Assembly (NCBI RefSeq): GCF_018977255.1
Contig: NW_024704749.1
Coordinates: 16,864,001-16,928,000, forward strand
From: Callorhinchus milii
Taxonomy: Eukaryota
DNA: 64,000 bases
Direction of reading: 5' to 3'
Part shown: positions 52,301 to 62,100 of the stretch, one piece after another
Numbering within the stretch: position 1 is the first letter of the stretch
How the letters are laid out: each line of letters begins with the position of its first letter
Made by a program: the position numbers and the translations under genes
Notes under the pieces: model-generated
What the model saw: the letters and a program-made list of their open reading frames with translations, nothing else
What the model was told of the DNA's origin: nothing
Database searches by the model: none

Positions 52301-55300
52301 TCGAGACGTCTCAAAGCACTTCACAGAACATATTGTAAAGTGAATTGACCGTATATTTTGTGGGTGAAGTTGCGCACAGCAGTGTCCCACACACGGTCAT
52401 GGATTGACTGATCACGTTCTTCTTTATTTGTTTATTTTTAAAGAACGTGTTAAAGCCCCCAAACTTGGAGAGCACAAAAAGCAACATCGTTGGGGTTTTG
52501 TCTACCTTCCACCACCTTTTGAGCCCGTGGGGAGGAGGCTCTCTCTCGCCTCCGGTTCTTTTCATCTGCTCGCTGACCCGGCCAATGGTGCTATGGCTGC
52601 AGCCTGTGACCCAGCTGATGAACTTGTAGCAGTTTGATCTCAAGCCACCTGGAGCAGTGTGAGAAAGACAGCGTTCAGACTGCAAGCATTTACCTCGCAG
52701 GTTACACCGAGGATCCGTTCCACAACCGGAGGCAACCACAGCAGCGGGTGGAAGCACTCTTGCAAACCGGTTTTCTGGAGTTCTTAAATTGCCTTCCACA
52801 AACTTAAATCTGAAGAGAAAAGCCTTAGGGATAAGATTAGCCTGAAGTTTGGGCTTCTGGTTTCTTCCCGCCACCCCTACCCCACCACCCCACATGGTTT
52901 CCGCGTGTGTCAGACACCCGGCTGACCAAAGCTAAAAAATACAAGTGCAGTGCAGTAAATGCAGTGCAGGATTTACACAAGTGCTGAGAGATGGCTGCAC
53001 TGGTAGACACTCACCTGAAGGAGTAAGCATTTCAGCCAGCGTCCTGCGGGCTTCAGCCTGTCCCTTAGAAGCACGTTCCCTCCAGAGGTCAAGCAAGCGA
53101 GCGTGAGTGCGTGCCATCTGGAAAACAAGTCAGGGTTCTTCAAACACTGCTGCTCTGCTGTATCTCACCCCGTTCCACCCACAGATCCACCTTTTCAAAC
53201 TGCACCTCCCGTTTACAACACAACAAATGACACTTGCCTAGCGCCCTTCACGTCGGAAAGACGTCCCATTGACCCCTGCGGCTACTTACCAAAACGCAGT
53301 TATCCACACAGCACTTCTCGGTCATAAGTTCTGCAATTGGCTTCAGGAGCCCCAGAGCTCCTTTCCTTTGCTCCTCTCCACTCGCACCCCCTTCTGTAGA
53401 GAATTCAGCAAAGGTGGGTGAGATTTAAAGCACTGCGGTGGAAAGGCTTCCCTTAAAGTTTTATCTTTGTGTCCGGTCCGTTACCTCGGGATCTGTTTTG
53501 AGCTTCTTATGCAGGAAGTTGTTGGAATACCCGAGGATCCGTTGCGTGGCTCTCTCGCACAGCTTCAGCTCGCTTCGCAACGTGCTGCGGTTCCTCAGGA
53601 CGAATTCTTCGAACGCCTTTGATTTGCGTTGACCGTTTCCCAGGCCGATGGACCTTCTGAAAAAAACAAGAGCATCAAATCGACAGCAAATGTCTGCTAA
53701 CTTACACATCTATTTCTTTGAAGAATACATCGAAAGTTGTCTGTTGTTATTTACTTTCCTTGGGGTTCATTAAAAAAAAACAATTCCGTCACTCGATCTA
53801 CGTCTGTTTGTGGAATGCTGCTGTGTGCAATTGGCTGTTGCGTTTGGCCCACAACATATACAGTCACTACACTTTACAATATATTCTGTGAAGCGCTTTG
53901 AGACGTCTCAACTACATGAAACATCTCAGACATTTCGAATACTGAGAGCAAGGGACCCGGCAGCTTCTTAATAAGTCAATAGTGAGCGGAGATACTAACC
54001 AACAGACAAATTCAAGCAAAAAAAAATCCTGAATCGTATAAATGGGGGGGAAACAATCTTTAAAACAAATACATTTTATACAAATTATCCAACTTTTAAC
54101 ATAAACTGGATTTCTTACTTTCTTGATTTTCCCACTTGCACTTGGCTTTCACTGTAACATTTCAATGAACTAAGTTGCTTTGCTTCTTTCAGCAGCTGCA
54201 GAAGACTGAGAGCTCGATGGCGACACTGGCTCAGATCTTCCCCTGAAATCAAGGCCAGGGTGAGGTGTTAGAACCAACGGCTTAGGTGATAAATAACCAG
54301 GGGTAGTGGTGCCTGGGGTCAGAGAAGCTGCTGAAATACTAAACTGAGTGACTCTGCGTGCTGTGGAGAGGATTCTCTGACGTTCATGTCAACGTCATTC
54401 TAGAGATACTAGAGCGTTTGAGCTTACAAACGCTCACACAAATTGTGCAGATGACCTTTCATATTGCCCACAAAGTCACACTGTCACTCCGCTTTACAGC
54501 ATATCCTGTTAATCGTCCTCCTGACGTGAAAGGCGCTGTACATAGAAACAGGAGTAGGCCATTCAGCCCCTCGAGCCAGTTTTGCCATCCTATAAGATCA
54601 TGGCTGAGCTGTACCTCAAGTCCAATTATCCGGCCTTGCCCTGTGTCACTTAATAACCTGACCTAGCAAGTATCTATCTACCGCAGTCTTGAAGATGTGA
54701 ATGGATCCAGGATCCACAGCCTTTTGGGGGAGAGAGAGTTCTAGATATACCAAATGTAAGGATGATTATGTTTATAATAAAGGCACGTTACTTCAAAAGT
54801 CAAAATGCCCAGTCCCCTCACCGGGCCTCCTGATGTAGTTCTGCAGACACTGACACGGCTTCTTCACAAACAAAGGGCAGCACAGCTTCTCCGCATCTTG
54901 GTCACCCAGTAGGTGTGTCACGGCCGCTGTAAATTCCCGCAGCTCCTCCTCGTGCTTCTTGCGTGCGCTGGCTTCGACGTTTGTGCAAGGGGTGTGAGGG
55001 CGACGAGGTCTGTCAAACGCTAGACCTGAAGCAAGCAAAAGTCTTACACGGCTTCTCGTGGATTGGTCACAGTGAATTACAGGGAAAAAAAAGCACCCGT
55101 TAACAAGAACCGAACAGGTTGAGCACATAAAAATCCGTAAGAGTATCCTTGCTTAGCTTCATCATACTTTACTGGACTTCCATGTTAAAGTAAACCAATT
55201 TACTTAAAACTTCCTTGAAGAAAAGTAAAGGGATGCTGGTAGCAAATCTACAATTTGCTGTATCAAGTGCATCTGGCTCCACTTCCTGTCTGGCACAAAC

Positions 55301-57877
55301 CACCTCCTCCATACAAACGCAGAAAACCCCCCAGGGGCTGAAGGAAAGAGTCAGGCTACGGCTCAATCTGAAACAGGTTGCGGAAAACCCATCTCCTTGC
55401 TTCAGAGTATCCAAACCAAGCTGAGAATTCCATGCAGCTCACCTCCACATGGAGATCACAGAGACAGATTGTTGGCGTGGACTGCGCACTCTCTCCCTGG
55501 CTGGAGGGACGCATGCTGCTTACCTAATTCCGGGAAAGTATTCGGCGCAGATTGGCAAGGGCTTGAGGGGCTGTTGAACTTACCACATGCATTACATAGC
55601 GTTAGCACTCGTCCAGTCTTTGGGTCGTTCTTGCGGCGTGGTGACGGGCTATAGTTTGATGTCTTCAATCGATTGCCCCGCCGTCTAGGATCCGTAATGT
55701 AAGGGGATTTGCAGATATCGCAGCAAAACCTGGCTTCCTTTCTTCCCTCTAGAAGAAAAGTTTACAAATTCAGTCTGGCTTTAAAATTCCGTGCTTTGGA
55801 TTTTCAGTTGCAAAGTAATTGTTCCGGGCTGCCCGGTGGGTAAAGGCACTTCAGCACTTGGCTAGAAACACCTACGTTTAGCAGGTTTCAATTTCTAGTC
55901 TTTGCTCCATGTCCCCCACCCGGCCCTCCCCACCATCAGTGGTCGGGCCTTCAGCCTTTCTGCCCCCATACTTCAGAACTCCATCCCAGTCCCTTCGCCT
56001 CGCCTCCTCCCTTTCCCATTCAAGGCCTGTCTCAAGACCCTCCTCTCGATCGTGTCTTCGGTCACCCTCCTACCCCGACCCTCCCTGCTCTCGAACCCCT
56101 CTTGATCTCAACCCCCATCTCAGGTCCATCCTTGACTGTCCAGTCTTGGGTTGTCCTCCCGACGTGAAAGGCTCTGTGTAAATATAATTTGTTATTGTTG
56201 TTCAATTAACTGATTTCAGCCAGGCTGGCAAAAATTACAACTGGTCTGGGATGCTGAAGCCACTTGTAATATTGAGATCAGCTGAGATCAGGGAACTTAG
56301 TACAGACCAAGACTCAAACCTGTGACCCTGAAAGATTATCTGGCAACAATCCCCCAATTGGTGTTCAATGCCTTGCCTGATTTGGCTTTGGATGGACTGC
56401 ACTTCCACTTGCTCTTTTTTCTCCTGACTGGAGCTTCTTCCACTTCGGGTGAAAAGGACCGTTTTTTCCGCACTCTTCCACTCCTTCTTCGTTCAACCAC
56501 ATTACTGGACTCCTGATGAACCACCTCCTGTAAGCAAATGGATGAAGATATAACCAGGGTTTTAAACAACGGGTGGTAAGGTATTGAAACCCAATTGCTA
56601 CACGTGGCTCTGAATTGATGCGAGGTTCATATATCATTCAGTCATCTCTCCTTGACTATCTGTTTTCCATTCTTTTTACATTTTCAACTGCTAATATCGA
56701 CAATATCGTCTCGCACTCTGTTAGGTTATGTCAGCCAAGCTAAACTCGCCCTCGCCGCCACTGTCTTAAGGAGTAGAAAAAATCAAGACAGAATTTCTGC
56801 TCCTGATTACTATCCAGTGACTGAAAAGTGCAAGTGTGAGGACATATAGTGAGGAAACAGGATCGAGTCAAACAGCCTTCCAACATGAACAGTGGTCAAT
56901 ATGAGTGATTTCAGTGGAATGATAAAGGAATTTAAGGCAGATTCCGCAGACTAAGGGAGAAATTCGTGGGGGAAATAGTTTTACCCAAGTACAATAAAAA
57001 CTCACCACAGACACGTCGGTTAAATTCAGATTGAGTGATTCATTCGCTTTGCTCTGTTGTTGCCCAGGTCCGTCGACCACTGACACGAGTTTAATCTCCC
57101 TGCGGATCTGATCTGCATCTGCAGTAAATGTCAAGAAATGCAAAACAAGCTAAAATGTGCTGAAAGGGCACTAAGTGCCAAAGACACATGTACCCCCTTC
57201 TACTTGGGAGCATCTTGGGACATCCTCCCGACGTGAAAAGGTGCTACATAAATGCAATTTGTTGTTTGTTGTTGCTGCTGCTGTTGAATTCTGAGAAACA
57301 AATCAAATCAAATGAACGCTTGTTACTTTCCAGACACAGCCCATCTCAACACGAAATGATTAATTTACCGGGTTCTTCATCACTTAGCCGCTGCAGGACC
57401 ATTCAGTTCTTCCACTTTCAAATGCATAACATTTCGGCTCTGCATTTCCCTTTCTGCATCTCTCTCGATTTCTCTCTCTCTCTCTCTCTCTCCCGCTGTT
57501 TCTCTCCATTGCTCTTCCTCTCGCTGTTTTATCTATTTCTCATTACTCTCAAAATGAGTCACTTCAATCCCACGACTGTTGGACGGGGACGCCGCTGCGC
57601 GCAACTGGCTGCCGCGTTCCGCCCGCAAAAATAAACAGTCAGTTCGCTCGACAGTACATCCTGCGAAGCGCTTTGAGACGTCTCGAAAAGACGCCGTATC
57701 AAGTGCAAGCTTTATTGCTGCCCCTCTCTTTTCTTTCTCTCTCTCTCTCTCTCTCTCGCCGTCTCTCCATTTCTCTCTGCGTTCCTCTTTCTCGCTCTAT
57801 TTCTCTTTATTTATTCAGTTATTTATTTACTCACTCACTCATTCATTCATTCACTCTCAGGCTGTTGAACAGATGGG

Positions 57878-57909
<32 letters not shown>

Positions 57910-58100
57910 CTGGAACTACAATTCCCACAGTGCCCCGCGCGGGCCCCGCCCGGGGGGGAGAGGACAAGATGGCGTCGTGTGTCTCTCTCTCTATCCCTCC
58001 CTCAGCCCTGAGGGCCTCACACACACACACACACCGACCGCCGCCGCCGCCATCCTCCAGCCGCCGCCGCCGCCGACTCACCGCGGCTAAAGACTTCCAT
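46340..58100 (-). CDS. Uncharacterised ~824 aa putative nuclear zinc-finger protein: complement(join(46340..46387,47214..47543,49142..49354,49997..50317,51480..51578,51934..52098,52506..52648,53015..53117,53290..53393,53485..53656,54119..54242,54822..55025,55584..55748,56377..56527,57006..57118,58082..58100))
   Basis: 16 exons with polypyrimidine-AG acceptors and phase-matched donors (14 GT, one GC). Total 2474 nt, one base short of 825 codons; the shortfall is in exon 8. Contains [21 protein letters not shown]...LCNACGL and a Q-rich C-terminus. Confidence 0.82.
47214..47543 (-). CDS. Minus-strand gene exon 15, Q-rich ([12 protein letters not shown]...QPPHIP)
   Basis: ttactccag acceptor, ccc|gtaggt donor (competing donor 4 nt downstream); 330 nt open. 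Confidence 0.74.
47738..48040 (-). mobile_element. Full-length young tRNA-derived SINE with intact Pol III boxes
   Basis: Minus strand reads gtggagtcctgTAGCTCAGTGGttagagcac...gGGTTCGATTCCtgg, then body, L2-type hairpin and (ATT)n. Confidence 0.88.
49142..49354 (-). CDS. Minus-strand gene exon 14 ([10 protein letters not shown]...LNQELS)
   Basis: cattttag acceptor, tcg|gtaagt donor; 213 nt open. Confidence 0.76.
49997..50317 (-). CDS. Minus-strand gene exon 13, Q/S/P-rich ([11 protein letters not shown]...ILQQSDIQ)
   Basis: ttttatgatgcag acceptor, cag|gtcact donor (weak); 321 nt open. Confidence 0.72.
50942..51072. repeat. Palindromic element, ~50-bp imperfect inverted arms (Penelope-like remnant)
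   Basis: gagagcagctgggaaaactcaggaggtcaggtagcatcgat pairs with atagatgctgcctgaccggctgagttttcccagctgctctc. Confidence 0.75.
51480..51578 (-). CDS. Minus-strand gene exon 12, poly-Q/coiled-coil ([33 protein letters not shown])
   Basis: cttctccaaaccag acceptor, cag|gtactg donor; 99 nt; mixed CAG/CAA codons. Confidence 0.78.
51657..51916 (+). mobile_element. tRNA-SINE copy with longer central domain
   Basis: gtggagtcctg head as at 48040, extra ctctgtttacctagcagtaagtagg segment, (ATT)n end. Confidence 0.7.
51934..52098 (-). CDS. Minus-strand gene exon 11 ([10 protein letters not shown]...SSLPAT)
   Basis: ggtttccag acceptor, acc|gtaagt donor; 165 nt open. Confidence 0.78.
52506..52648 (-). CDS. 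Minus-strand gene exon 10 ([25 protein letters not shown]...[11 protein letters not shown])
   Basis: gctccag acceptor, aag|gtagac donor; 143 nt. Confidence 0.85.
53015..53117 (-). CDS. Minus-strand gene exon 9 ([34 protein letters not shown])
   Basis: gttttccag acceptor, cag|gtgagt donor; 103 nt. Confidence 0.87.
53290..53393 (-). CDS. Minus-strand gene exon 8 ([10 protein letters not shown] / [24 protein letters not shown]); apparent 1-nt deletion
   Basis: tctctacag acceptor, ttg|gtaagt donor; 104 nt between two phase-0 junctions. Confidence 0.72.
53485..53656 (-). CDS. Minus-strand gene exon 7 ([20 protein letters not shown]...[26 protein letters not shown])
   Basis: [18 protein letters not shown], gag|gtaacg donor; 172 nt. 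Confidence 0.88.
54119..54242 (-). CDS. Minus-strand gene exon 6 ([30 protein letters not shown]...GKSRK)
   Basis: gatttcag acceptor, aa|gtaaga donor; 124 nt. Confidence 0.85.
54541..54730 (-). mobile_element. CR1 LINE 3' end
   Basis: Minus strand ends ...ctcgaggggctgaatggcctactcctgtttctatg, the chondrichthyan CR1-type terminus; related pieces at ~27700-27840 (-) and ~28900-28990 (+). Confidence 0.72.
54822..55025 (-). CDS. Minus-strand gene exon 5 (GLAFDRPRR...[22 protein letters not shown])
   Basis: tgcttcag acceptor, ccg|gtgagg donor; 204 nt. Confidence 0.88.
55584..55748 (-). CDS. Minus-strand gene exon 4, atypical GATA-like zinc finger ([10 protein letters not shown]...LTLCNACG)
   Basis: ttttcttctag acceptor, tg|gtaagt donor; 165 nt. 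Confidence 0.88.
55900..56202 (+). mobile_element. L2 LINE 3' fragment
   Basis: [25 protein letters not shown] translation, tail cctcccgacgtgaaaggc and (TTG)n. Confidence 0.78.
56377..56527 (-). CDS. Minus-strand gene exon 3, basic NLS-like ([17 protein letters not shown]...RRKKSK)
   Basis: gcttacag acceptor, cag|gcaagg GC donor; 151 nt. Confidence 0.78.
57006..57118 (-). CDS. Minus-strand gene exon 2 ([17 protein letters not shown]...TDVSV)
   Basis: tttactgcag acceptor, gtg|gtgagt donor; 113 nt. Confidence 0.75.
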
Positions 58101-58660
58101 TCCGAGAGCAAGGTCAGGCCAGCTGCCCGAGCCGCAGACATTATTGTTAACGGCGAATGGATGACAAACGAACTCCTCCTCTTCCTCCGCCTCCTCCTCC
58201 GCGCCGTCGCCTCACCCTCTCCCCCCCCCGCCCCGCCCCCCGGCGGGTGACTGACGTGCGCTGGCCCCGCCCCCCTCTCGCCCGCTCTCTCTCTCGCTGA
58301 GCGAGACCACTGTGACGCCGGGGGATAGGGGAGGACGGTACCTCCCTTTTACAACTTGTGTTCAAAAAAAACCGTTCACCGTTAAAAGTTATCAAGACAC
58401 TGGTCAGAAGAGCTCAAGAGGGGGTCATTCGCGTGGCTGCTGCACATTTTGCAGTTAAAGGCAACGGAAATAACGCTCGAGTGTTTTGTTCTGTTTCCCC
58501 CCCTCCCCACCACCACGCACACGCGCACTGGGTTCTGGTACCTTGGACCGGACCAAGTGACGTTGACAGGCAGGCAGGCAGGCAGGGGGCGTCTTGCGCA
58601 GGCGCACCGTGAAACCGTGCCAATTTGAGGCGGGCCGCCGCCATCTTTGATAAAGGCACG
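57930..58660. promoter_or_regulatory. CpG-island promoter of the minus-strand gene
   Basis: Dense CpG and (GCC)n runs, GC boxes (ccccgccccc), CRE-like TGACGT near 58253, YY1-type CAAGATGGCG at 57965 and GCCGCCATCTTT at 58637. Confidence 0.8.
58082..58100 (-). CDS. Minus-strand gene coding exon 1 (MEVFSR)
   Basis: ATG GAA GTC TTT AGC CGC G|gtgagt inside the CpG island; phase 1 matches exon 2. Confidence 0.65.
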
Positions 58661-58965
58661 AGTGGGGGTCAGGGGCTGGAATGCTAAATGTTTAGAGCAG
58701 TGATTAAACACAGCAATAGTAAATGTGATATAATATTATTTGCATTTGAGGGAGCGCCTCGTCCCATGGGCGCGACGTCTCAAAGCGCTTCACGGAGTGA
58801 ATTAACTCTGCAAAGTGAATGGACTGATTTTTTTGGGGGTTGAAATAATAATTTTCATTAACACCACTACTACTACTACTACTACTACTAATAATAATGA
58901 TGATAAACGATGGCCACTTTGGTGGGCTTCCGTAGAGCGCCCGCTTGTGAAATGGGCGTCAACCC

Positions 58966-59153
58966 AAAACAATAATAAATTGGTCATTTTCAACCCACGA
59001 CTGTTTGTGGGACATTGCTGTGCGCAATTGGCTGCCGCGTTCGCCCACAAATATACAGTCAATTCACTTTACAGTGTGTTCTGTGAAGCGCTTTGGGACG
59101 TCCTCCCGACGTGAAAAGCGCTATATCAAATGCGAGGATTATTATTATTATTA
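58966..59153 (+). mobile_element. Young SINE copy, subfamily with L2-type loop
   Basis: Consensus body, gggacgtcctcccgacgtgaaaagcgct loop, (ATT)n. Confidence 0.85.
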
Positions 59154-62100
59154 TGACTCCTTCCCGGAGAGGAGGAGTCGAGGGCAAAAGATGGAGAAGA
59201 GAAACCGTTTTCGGATGCGAATTGATGGCCATTGACTACGGTGTAACTGACCCACGCTGCTCGGCAAAAAAGATTGTCTTATCTTGGATCTTAACTTTAA
59301 CCAACGCGTGGGCTGACGGCCACACAACGCAACCCCGGCAGATCTATTCAATCAGATGTGCAAAGGCAGGCGTATCGCACTATTACAAGTTGCACCCAAG
59401 TGAACATCACGTAATTGACATGACAGGAACCAGGAAGCAATGACACCACTGGGCACGTAATTAGTTCTCGGCGGTGATGCTTAACCCTCCTTCGTGCCCC
59501 TGCCCCGTCCACTCACATTACATTGGAATCTCCCGAGGACACTAAATTGATTTCCCGACTGCCAAAACTCAGAGCTATCATTAAGTGGAACATTTTGTAA
59601 GTGAATGGAATAACTCACCAGCGTTCTTTTGTGGCCTGAGGAGCCAATAATGTTTTCCCAGATGTAGCAAATAATAGCCAGGAACACAGGGGCTCGGTAG
59701 AGGCTCCAAGATTACAAATGCATTCTGCAAACCATTCCTCTTACAGACACCAAAACCTAAAATAATTGCTCCTGCAATACTTCAATCAATTTAAGTGTGT
59801 TATCACTTCAGTCACTTGCCCCAGCCTGTGTGCAATCTTGGCACTTTAGTTCTACCGCCTCAGTTTACTTAGCAGTAACTAGAAACCCGGTTGTTAGTCG
59901 ATTACTCACTCACTCATTAACTGCTTTTGCGGGGGTAATAATTCCTTCAAAAAAATAATAATAATAAATTGGTCACTTCAATCTACGACTGTTTGTGGGA
60001 CACTGCAGTGTGGAATTGGCTATCGCATTTCTCCCACAAATATACAGTCAATTCACTTTACAGTATATTCCATGAAGCGCTTTGAGACGTCTAGAAGATA
60101 AATGCAAGGATTATTATTATTATCCTTTCTTGGCCTTCAATCAAATCAATTTTCTCTATCTTGCTTGCCTGTCCATCTCATCCCCATTGCAGCTAAAATG
60201 TTTATTCGGCCCATCTTCAACTCCAGACTTGTTTCTCTAATGGTCTTCGCTCTAGCCTTCCTGGCCAAAGTTTTTAGCCACCTTGCCCCACTTGGGAACT
60301 TTCTCCCTCTGCCTCACATCCTCCCTCTCTACTTTCATAACCTTTCTAAGGAATTACTTCTGCACCTTTAGTCATCACATTTCTACCCTTTTCACCTCCC
60401 ACCTTGCTTAAGTTTCCACTCCCATCTCTTTAAAGCACTTCCAATTGTTAACTATAATGAAACACAAAATATCAGTATAAGACACACATCTACATGGTTG
60501 AAGATTGTGGTTAGTGTAACTGTATCTGTAACTGTAATTACTGGAAGAGTGAGGAGAATGGAAAGGAAATGATTCAAATAAAAATGTGAAGAAATCTAAA
60601 TTAGTGGGGATGGGCTGGCTTGCAGAAAGACCAATGTCATGGATTAATTAGTGGAGGGAATCAGAGATTGTCTTAAATCTTGATGTCAACCATATTTTCT
60701 TGGAGAGGTGTTAAGTGGACGTCAGGAGAATTGAATGATCGAGATAGAAAATGCGGTAAACAAAAAGCAAATACTTCACTTTTATCAAGAGAAATAATCT
60801 AAATGGGGATCAGAAATAAATTGAGCTGAACATGCTAACTTTGATTGATCTGTATCACAGCGGCTAGGAAGTCACTTTATCATTTTTATATCAACATATT
60901 AAATAAATAAACAGCTCAAGTCATCAATAACATAACGTCTTAAGATCATGTGTTCTATTGCGATGCTATTTTGACTGAGCTTCATTGCTGCAACTGCAAT
61001 GTTAATCACAGTTCTTAATGTAAGGTAGACGTCTTCTACTATATAATGCCCTATGAAAGATATAACACAGCTTTGTAGAAGTATATAAGGATGTACTGCT
61101 CCACAGTTAGTGACATAAAATGTGCACTAATTGGTGCTTCTTGCCGAGGACACAATAACTATTTGAAAATGAATGATTGTGACCTTTCCTTCTTTCAGTG
61201 ATGTTGCGTGTGACCCGGAGCCCAAGCTATAATTTCACCATAAAATTAAAACTAAATATAAATTTCAATCGATGGTTCCTTCAAGTGTTGCATGAGCAAG
61301 AGAGACAGAGTGAGAGAGAGGTCAAAACAATCAGACCTCAATTCCATTGCAGTGACTTCAATCACAAGCTCTCCCAGTTGCTGCCTCATGTGAAAGGCGC
61401 AATATCAATACAAGTTGTTGCTGTTCACCTATGTGAGATACGATAAGGTGTTTCACTGCAATTGCTGTCATTCCAAACAAAGAATAGTTTTGTCAGTTGC
61501 TTGTTCATGAATCGGCCTTCTTTGAAGAGCACAGACAAACTTCGGAGGAGAGAGAGAGGCTGACTTCGAAGGGAGGAAGGAGTCACTCGCCATCGATTCT
61601 GCATGAAACCCAAAGAAATTGAGATTATGATATTCAAAGCTATTCCATAGCTTCCATAGCTTGTGACTTAATCATTTGAGGATTCAGAAGTATTTGTGGG
61701 CCAGACTCAAACCCCAGAAGATTACTATGTGTGACTATTGTAAGAGTACCAGCAATCATGTCTCATCCTATATAATATATGGTTGTAGAGATGTGGACCT
61801 TCTGCAACACACACCATTGAGGTTGTCTCATGAGTAATAGTCTCATTGGCAAGGAATCAAAGGGAGCCCCATGAACCACACCTCAGTCAACGGAAAAAAA
61901 CAGGAGAGCAAGAGCGGAATAAATTGGAGGAGGAAAATTAGCGAGAAAAATAACCTACAGTCATAATTCCAGGATGATCCTTTTTCCTCCTACTCCAAAT
62001 CCTCAATACTCTCTTCAAGCTATAAAGCTGAAATCTTCACCCATCTCTAAAGTGGTCAACATAGTTAGCTCTTTTGAAGTGGTTAGCTCTTTTGAAATAG

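Noticed and set aside
52694-52809. Extra cassette exon upstream of exon 10 (good acceptor at 52810, donor at 52693, inside a 194 aa ORF)
   Set aside because: Wrong phase after exon 9 (early TAA) and it would leave only a 45-nt intron.
46340-58100. Calling the minus-strand gene DNLZ, CARD9 or a GATA1-6 factor from synteny or motif
   Set aside because: No zf-DNL or CARD similarity, and only one atypical finger without the GATA TPLWRR motif.
57579-58250. 223 aa plus-strand ORF over the CpG island
   Set aside because: Made of SINE, microsatellite and GC-rich low-complexity sequence, antisense to the real exon 1.
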